Source of the DNA: a virus
Taxonomy: Duplodnaviria > Caudoviricetes
Virus record (IMG/VR): IMGVR_UViG_3300030708_002674
Coordinates: 1 to 25,631 of that record
DNA length: 25,631 nt
Direction: 5' to 3' (one strand)
The notes under the pieces were generated by a model. It saw nothing but the letters and a program-made list of their open reading frames with translations. It made no database searches and was not told where the DNA came from. The translations under genes were made by a program, and so were the position numbers. Every line of letters begins with the position of its first letter. The stretch's first letter is position 1. Below are positions 1 to 9,000 of the stretch, piece after piece.

Positions 1-2
1 AT

Positions 3-3000
3 GGAGAAACTCCAAGTGTAATTAATTTGGAAGATTATGTAACGAAACCATCTGATGCAAACTTTATCAGAAGGGAAGTATGTGTTGCTGAAGCTATCTC
101 TGGAGATCCAACAAAACTTGTTGGTCAAACTTTAGTAAAAACAACCGATGCCTTTGTAAATGCATCAGTATCTGCAGTAGAACCATTTACTAGAGATCAA
201 AAACAGTTTTTCAAAATTTCTTTATTTGTAGGATTTGACGAAAATAGTTCTGTACAAGGAAATTTCCAGATCACTCCTTCATCAAAAGTTTTAGAAAAAG
301 TTAGTGTTGGTTCTTCCGTAATATCGGTAGATTCTACAATTGGATTCCCAGAATCCGGAACAATGTTTTCTGGTGATAATACAATTACATACACAAATAA
401 GAGTGTTAATCAGTTCTTAGAGTGTTCTGGTGTCACCAGTGATATCAATGCAACTGATAATATTCACTCTGATGATACTTATTTTGCATATGAAGAAGGA
501 GACACAACTAAGAAAGTAGTTCTTAGATTGACTGGAGTCTTGTCAAACTTTGTGCAGAAGTCCAAAAATATTTTCGTTGATGAAGGTCAAGAAATAACTG
601 TAAAAAATATTGGAACATTAATCAAGAATCCAGAACAAAACAAAACATATAAAGAAATTTTTGCAAATTCATGGATTTATAATACTAGTTCTTCGGCAAA
701 AATTAAAAACATTGATGGTGCGAACGTTGAATTATTTTCCCAGATTGATAGATCTCAACTTAAGAAAGGTGATCTTGTAGAGTTTATTGATCTGACTGGA
801 ACGATAGTTTATCCTACTGCAACTTCCAGTGAACCATATGTCTCATCTGAGATTGCTACAGGATCTAAGACAGTAGAACTTGCAAACTTTGATAACAGTG
901 TTTTTGTAAGTTCTCCCGATACTTATTCAATAAGAAGAAAAATTAACAAAGCATCTAGTACTTCTGTTAATTTTAAATATGGAAATGATAAAATTATATC
1001 AGATATACAAAATCTGTATGTAGATGATGATTTTGCTTATGTTGCATCCAATTCATTACCTTCATCGGGAGTAAGAGGATCTAGTCTGATCACTGATTAT
1101 GCATACCGTATATCCAAAGAGTTAAATTTAACATCTATTTCATCAACTTCTGGCAGTCTTCAGGATGTTAATATAGCAACAGGATTATATACGTCAATTT
1201 TATTTGATACTAACGTTCCATTTGTTAGTGGTGATAGAGTCAAATATAATCCAACCGGTCAAAGGTTGAGAGGACTTGTTGATGATTTTTATTATGTAAA
1301 AGTTTCTTCTTCAAATCCAAAGAAAATTAAACTTTTTACTGCTTTATCTTTTCTTACCGATGATACAAATGCAGTTGAATTTGAGTCTGCAACGACTACA
1401 TTAGAAACGCATACATTTGTTTTATATGATCAGAGATCACAAACAATAGATCCACAGAAAGTATTTAAGAAGTTTAACCTCAATCAGAACATTACGAATG
1501 GTACTGGAGAGAAGACAACTCCAGGAACAACAGGAATGTTGATTAATGGTGTAGAAATTTCCAACTATAAAACTTTTGATAAGGTCTATTATGGACCTAT
1601 TGAAGGTGTCAAAGTATTGTCTGGTGGATCTAACTTTGACGTAATCAATCCTCCAGTTATTGAAGTATCTGCAGGATCTGGAACTACTGCATTGGTTCAA
1701 CCAGTTGTGAAAGGAGAAATTAAAGAAGTTATTGTAGATAAACAAGATTTTGATATTAATGAAATTCTTTCTATAACTTCTAGTGGTTTAAATGGATTTG
1801 GTGGAAGTTTTGAACCAATTACTATTTTAAGAAAGAGGGATCTCTTTTTCGATGCAAGAGCAACTACAGATGGTGGTGGAATTAGTACAACTACCTCACA
1901 ACTGACTTTTATCAAAAATCATAACTTACAAAGTGGTGATGAAGTTGTCTATAAAAACTTAAGTAATGAAAGTGTCAGTATTGGATTAGGTTTATCATCT
2001 TTAATTGATAACGCAACATATATTGCAAAGGTAGATAATGATACAACTATAAAATTATTCAATACACTTCAAGACTATACATTAGGAATTAATACAATTT
2101 CTTTTGGAACTACTGCTCTGAATGGAACTCAAAAGTTCCAAACTGGAGAAGCAAAGAAAACCTTATCAGAAGTTAGAGTTCTTGACGGCGGATCTTTTAC
2201 AAATAGAAAACTTTTAGTAAAACCAGAAGGAATTTCTACTTCAGATTTCTCTATTAACTTTGCCAATCATGGATTCTCTAATGGAGAAGTTGTAGAATAT
2301 TCTGCTGTAGTTGGATTAGGAAGCACTCAACCACAAACAATTTCTGGTTTATCAGAGTCAACTCAATATTTTGTTTTAACCAATTCAACTGATTCATTCA
2401 GGTTATGTGATGCCGGTGTTGGTGCAACCATCACAACAAACTTTGACCAAGAAAACTTTGTAAAATTTACTTCTACCGGAACTGGTTTCCAACAGTTCAA
2501 GTATCCTGATTTGGAATTAACCTTAAATTACAATACTGTAGGACTTGGAACCACAACACAGGTCAATAATGTAATTTTAACACCTGTCGTAAAAGGTAGC
2601 ATTGAAGAGATTTATCTCTATGAACCAGGCACTAAGTATGGTTCTGAAATTTTAAACTTAGAAAAGAAACCAACACTTACCACAAAAACTGGTAAAGAGG
2701 GTCAAGTAAAACCAATTATTACTTCTGGTATTATTGATTCTGTAAACTTGCAGTTTGGTGGAAGAGAGTATTTCTCTGTTCCAGAGTTGGAAGTGTTTGA
2801 CCCAACAGGAAGTGGAAGTGGTGCAAAACTTAGAGCAGAAATTGCCAATGGAAAAATTACTGCAGTTAATGTTATTAATCCTGGTATTGGATATTCAAAT
2901 ACAACTGTAGTAAACGTAATTCCAAATGGTTCTGGAGAAATTTTTGATACATCCATAAGATCACTTACAGTCAATTCCGTAGAAAAACTTTCGTTTGAGC

Positions 3001-6000
3001 AGCAAACGGAACAATTAAAAGATGTAGATGGTAGTCTTTCATATTCTGTAAACGGTTATTTTAATACTTTAAGAAACTCATTTAATGATACCTCTAGTGA
3101 ACTGTCAGGCATTATTGGATGGGCATATGATGGAAATCCAATTTACGGTTCATATGCACCTGTAGATCCCACAGACATTAACTCTGGGATTAAAACCATG
3201 ACTTCTGGTTATCTCAAAGATGCATCTAATATTGAAGATAGACCTCCACTTTCTTCATTCCCTCTTGGTTTCTTTGTAGAAGATTATAAGTATGATTCTG
3301 TTAATGGTGATCTTGATAAGAACAATGGAAGATTTGCAAAAACAATCGATTTTCCGAATGGAGTCTATGCATACTATGCAACAGTAAATCCAACCACAGG
3401 AGATCCAATATTCCCATATTTTATTGGAGATGAATACAGATCAAATACATTAGAAGAAAATAGATCTTTAGATCAAACCTTCGATTTTAACAATTCATCC
3501 CTGCTAAGAAATACTTTTGGGTATAGAATTGCGGAACCGACTGCAGATAATGATTTCATCATTGAAAGTAATGAAATTAAGAGACAAAAAATTGTTGTTG
3601 ATTCAATTAGTGAAGGATCCGTATCTTCAATCAATATTTTAAATTCTGGTGAAGACTACAAAGTAGGTGAGACACTAAAGTTTGATAATACTGGAACTAG
3701 TGGTGGTGGACTAACTGCTAGTATTTCCTCGTTGAAAGGAAAAACAGTTGATAGTGTTGAAACTACAAAATCTACAGGATCAGCTACACTGGTTTGGAGA
3801 AATGATGGAAAAGTAGAAGTAGTTGTAGGTCTTGCCAATTACCTCAATTTTATAAAATTAGAAGATAATGATTATGTTTTAATAGATGATATAAAAAGAC
3901 AATATTCTAGCACCGATACATCTGATATCAGAAATGTTTCTGATGAATCTTCCAAATTGAGAGGGTATCATAAAATTGACCTCTTAAACATTCCTAATGT
4001 TGGATTAACTACAGAAATAAAAGCAAATAGTGGTATTACAACTGAAATTTATGTAACAGATATACCCCCTGATGTTGAAAATTATCTTGTTCCTACTAAT
4101 CCTTCAGGTAGTGGTGGTTCAACTATTGGTATTGGAACCGAAACCTTAGAAATTTTAAATGTATATCGGGATAAGAATGTTATCAGAGTGCATAGAGGAT
4201 TATCTGGAACTGCACATACTGTAGGGATGGCAGTAACGTTCAATCTGACTAGATTTACAATAGATGCGGACGTTGATTATTTTGAGTCCAGAGTTCATGA
4301 ACGTGTTAACTTCAATCCAACAGAATCTATCGGTATTGGAACAACTCCTGGAGTTGGTATTGAAGTTACATATAGTTTTGGTGATGAAATTATCACAGGT
4401 TCTGTTCCAACTCAAAGAATATCTCTACCCAATCATCCATTTAAAACTAATCAAAAACTTGAATTTAATAGAGGAACGAATTCGGCAATTTCAATTTCCA
4501 CTACACCAACAGGAACACCTTTCAATTTACCAAGTGTTGTATATGCGGTTAATAAGTCTCCAAACACTATTGGTATAAAGACAACTTTGAATAGTGATGA
4601 AGTTTACTTTAGAGTGAATGGTGATGATATTGATGATTATTATTTCCAAAAGAATTATGATAATGTTATTGCTACTGTTTCCAAAATCAATTCTATTGTT
4701 TCAATTTCTTCTGCACATGGATTATCTGAAGGTGACCTTGTAACACTTAATGTAAAACCAAATCTCTCTGTAGGTATTGGCACTTCTACTGCCATCAGAG
4801 TAAATAGAAATTCTGATACTGAAAATATTCAAGTTAATCCTATAGGATTCTCTTCATCATCAGTCAATACTGATAGAAGTAGAATTACTATTACTGATCA
4901 TGGTTTTGATACTGGTGATAAGGTATATTATGATGCAGATACAGTAATGACGGGAGTGCAGACGGGTCCATATTATGTACACAAACAAAGCAACTCTGTC
5001 ATTCAATTATGTGAAACTTTAGTAAATGCCAATAGTAATCCTCCAGTAATCGTAAGTTTTGGATCTACTGGTGGTGCATCTCAAACTATTTCCAAAATCA
5101 ATCCAAGAATTAAATCTATAAAAAATAACAATCTTGTTTTCGATCTTTCTGATTCTTCTTTGACTGGATATGAATTTAAAGTATTCTACGATAGAGAATT
5201 TAAGAATGAATTTGTTTCCATTGGAAATAGTAGCACATTCAATACATCTAGTTCTGGTACAGTTGGATCTGCAAATGCAACCTTCACTCTTTCTCATGGA
5301 TCCAATTTCCCAGATAGACTTTATTACTCTTTAGAAAAAACTGGTTTTATCAGTACATCAGATAAAGAAGTTAAAAATTATTCGGAAATTTTATTTGTAG
5401 ATAGTGTATATAATAAAGAATATAAAATTTCAGAAGTTGGAGTTACAAGTTTCACTGTTTCTTTAGAAGAGGATCCAGAGAGACTTTCTTATACTTCTTC
5501 TGATTGTGATAGTTTAGAGTACACTACCAAATCAACTTCTGCATCTGGAGCAGTAGATAAGATACATTTAGTTTCTGTCGGAACTGGATATAAGAAACTT
5601 CCATTGTTCAGTGGTGTTAATAACTCCAACGGCAAAAATTTACTTGTAACGTTAGAGACTAATACTATTGGTAAAGTATTAGAAACGAAAATTATAAATG
5701 AAGGATTTGAATATTCTTCAGATAAAACTCTTCAACCAGAAGCTTTCATATCACCAAAAATTACACTAAAGGATTCAAACACTGTAGGTATTATCACAGT
5801 TACGAACGGTGGAGTTGGATATGTAGAGGCTCCAAGATTAGTTGTTGTAAACAATGATACTAGAACAGAATTAGATAGTGGTTTATTAAGACCAATATTA
5901 TCTGGTAGTTCAATTACCGATGTTTCAATTGACGTTCCACCAAAAGGAATATCAGATCAGTCTGCAGAAATCTTTGCAGTTAACAATACAAATGGAGTTA

Positions 6001-9000
6001 GTGTTACACAAGTTTTATCCAATAATACTGGAATATTTACGTGTGTATTAACAACTCCTTCTGCCGGATTTACTACAGATGTTTTTGCTGTAAATGATGA
6101 GGTATTTGTTGAAGGAATTACTAAGTACAGTTCAGGTGGTACTGGATTTAATGCAAGTGATTATGGATTTAAATTCTTCACAGTATCAAAATATGAAAAT
6201 AAGTTGACACCAGGTCTTAATGCTGACCAAGTTACATTTAATCTGGCTGGATTAACAACTCAAACAGGAATAGCACAAACTATTACAGATTCATATGCTA
6301 CTGTAGTTAATAAAACAAAGTATCCATCGTTCACTATTGAACTGGCATTATCTAATTTTGAAGTTGGTGAAAAACTTTTATCTGATGACATAGAAAGAGA
6401 TTTAGAAGTCATTGGATTTGATAATACTGGTTTGATCAAAGTATTTGGTTCATATCAACTTTCTGTTGGTGAAACAATTAAAGGAAAAACCTCCGGAAAC
6501 ATTGCAACGATTGAAACTCTTACGAATTATGATGGAATTTATGAAATTAAATTCTCTAACAGAAAAGAAGAGGGTTGGGAGAAACAAACCGGAAAACTGA
6601 ATGAGGATTATCAAGTTTTACCTGATAATGATTATTACCAAAATCTTTCATATTCTATTAAGAGTAGACAGCAATGGAAAGATATTAGAACACCAGTCAA
6701 TAGTTTAGTTCATAGTGTTGGTATCAAAAACTTTGCAGATACCGAAGTCATATCTGACTCAGATGAAAGAGTTGGAATATCTACATCCGAAGAAATAACA
6801 ACAATTATTAGAGATTATATCGACGAAAAGAGAGTTGATACCATCAACAACTTTGACTATGCTAAAGACATTGATATTTTAACTGATAGATCTAAATTCA
6901 TAAGATTGAGTCAAAAGAGACTTACAAATTACACTGAGGCTCTGTCAAATAAAGTATTGAGAGTTGATGATATACAAGATCAGTTCTCTAGTTCTGATAA
7001 TGAACCTCTTGAGTATAAGGATATTTTACAAGTTGATAATTCCAGTCTTTATAACAATTATATCTTTAAAGTAAGTGATGTCAGTGGAAAAAACCATGTT
7101 CAATTGACTAATATGGTATTTTTAAATGATTCTGTTAATAATAATAAACTTGTTTTAGAGAAACAATCTTTGGTAAATGTAGGTCTTGGATTTACAACTG
7201 AGAATGATGAGCAATATGGAGATTTTAGTTTAGAAACAGATGATTTTGGAGATACTTTCTTAAGATTTACTCCAGAAGATCCATATGATACTGAATATGA
7301 TATTAAGTTTATTGAGAAGAAATTTAATAATTCCACTATTGGAATTGGAACATCCTCAATAGGATTCATAGACTTAACCAGTCGTGCTCAAACGGTTCTT
7401 ATTAACACCACAGAATCAGTTATTGGTGTTTCAACTGATAAGTTCACTGCACTGTATGTGAATGCACTTGTTACTAAAGAAGTAACCGGTGAAACCAATT
7501 TTGTTGAATTATATTTAACACATGATGGAGATGATACAAATCTTGCAGAATATTACTTTGATACTACTGCAATTTCCGGTTCTAGCAACTTTATTGGTTC
7601 CTTTGGTGCTAGTATAAATTCTGGAATAGTTAGTTTGACATATCTTAACGATTCTGCTGAGGATGTCATCCTTAGAACAAGAACTGTTGGATTTGGAACA
7701 ACCGCAGTTGGTGTAGGAACGTTTAGATATAGAGTGCCAACACAACCAATTGGTGCAGAAAGATCAGCAACATATGAAACTGGATTTACAACTACGACTG
7801 CTGGGGTTTCAACAGCATTCTTAACTTTAGATAAAAACAATTTTGATGCATCAAGATCTTTGGTGGAAGTTAGTATTGGAGACACTACCAAGTCAGTTCA
7901 TCAGTTAATGATGGTTCATGACGGAACTAATGTATTCACTCAACAATCTTCTTTCATCTCAATAGGTAGTACTTTAGGTATTGGAACCTTTGGTGGTGAA
8001 TTTAGTGGTGATAATGTTCTGGTCAAATTCTACCCAGATGCAAATCACAATGGAGATACAGAAATAAAAGCATTCAGTGAATGTTTCTACACCAGTGCCG
8101 ATTTTATCAATGAACCACCATCTTTATTATTTGGAAATTCAATCGAAGATTTAAATACTTCACAGTATCTTGCAATAAACGGAGATAGAATTAATAAAAC
8201 TGACTTTATACTTAGATCAAATACTACTCCAATTTTTGCTAAGACCATTAACCCCGAGGACACTACAACTCTCAATCAGTCTACTGGAGTATTCACTGTT
8301 AAAGACCACTTCTTTAGTAATGCTGAAGAGTTGATATACACTCCAGGATCAACTTTTGTTGGTGTTGGATCAACTCCTATGATGTATAAGCAAGGATCTA
8401 TTGAAGCAGAACTTCCAACACAAGTATTTGCAATTGTTGTAACCGAGGACACTTTCCAAATTGCAACTACAAAAGCACATGCAACTGCTGGAACTGCAGT
8501 TACTATTACTTCTCCTGGTGAAGGTAATGCACATGAATTTGCAATGGCAAAGAGAAATGAAAAAGCAATTATCACCTTAGATAATATTGCACAGTATCCT
8601 TTATTGTTCACAAATGTTGCTAAAACCTTAAATGGCAGTATTTCAACCACGGCAACAACATTCCGTCTTAATGATATCAGTTCGGTCAATCCACTGGAAT
8701 TATTAAAAGTTGATGACGAATACATGAGAATTGTTAATGTTGGTTTTGGAGTTGCGGCATCAGGTCCTATAACCAATACAGGCACAATTCCTCTTGTTAA
8801 CGTTGAGAGAGGTTCTGTTGGTTCTGCAGCAACAAACCATGCTAATTCAGCAGCTGCTAGAATATACAAAGGATCATATAACATTGTTGGTGACAGTATT
8901 CACTTCATTACACCACCTAGAGGAAACTCTAACATTACCAGAACAGAAAACAACTTAAAATTTGAAACTTCTGATTTTACCGGTAGAGTTTTCCTCAGAA

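Noticed and set aside
27-29. TTG start assigned to the 3790-aa ORF
   Set aside because: The frame is open back to the window edge and the upstream residues (GETPSVINL) look like continuous gp7 sequence, so the gene most likely starts before the window.
4264-4578. Alternative-frame + strand ORFs (4264-4578, 10186-10515, 16587-16823, 24688-24960)
   Set aside because: Their Leu/Gln/Ile-rich composition is typical of off-frame reads of these genes, and the main frames are uninterrupted, so there is no need to invoke frameshifting.
8276-8884. 202-aa minus-strand ORF, and the other minus-strand ORFs such as 21571-22116 and 7553-7891
   Set aside because: They are antisense shadows lying within or across long + strand genes. 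This is expected from the Gly/Thr/Val-rich codon bias, and they show no recognisable motifs or promoters.
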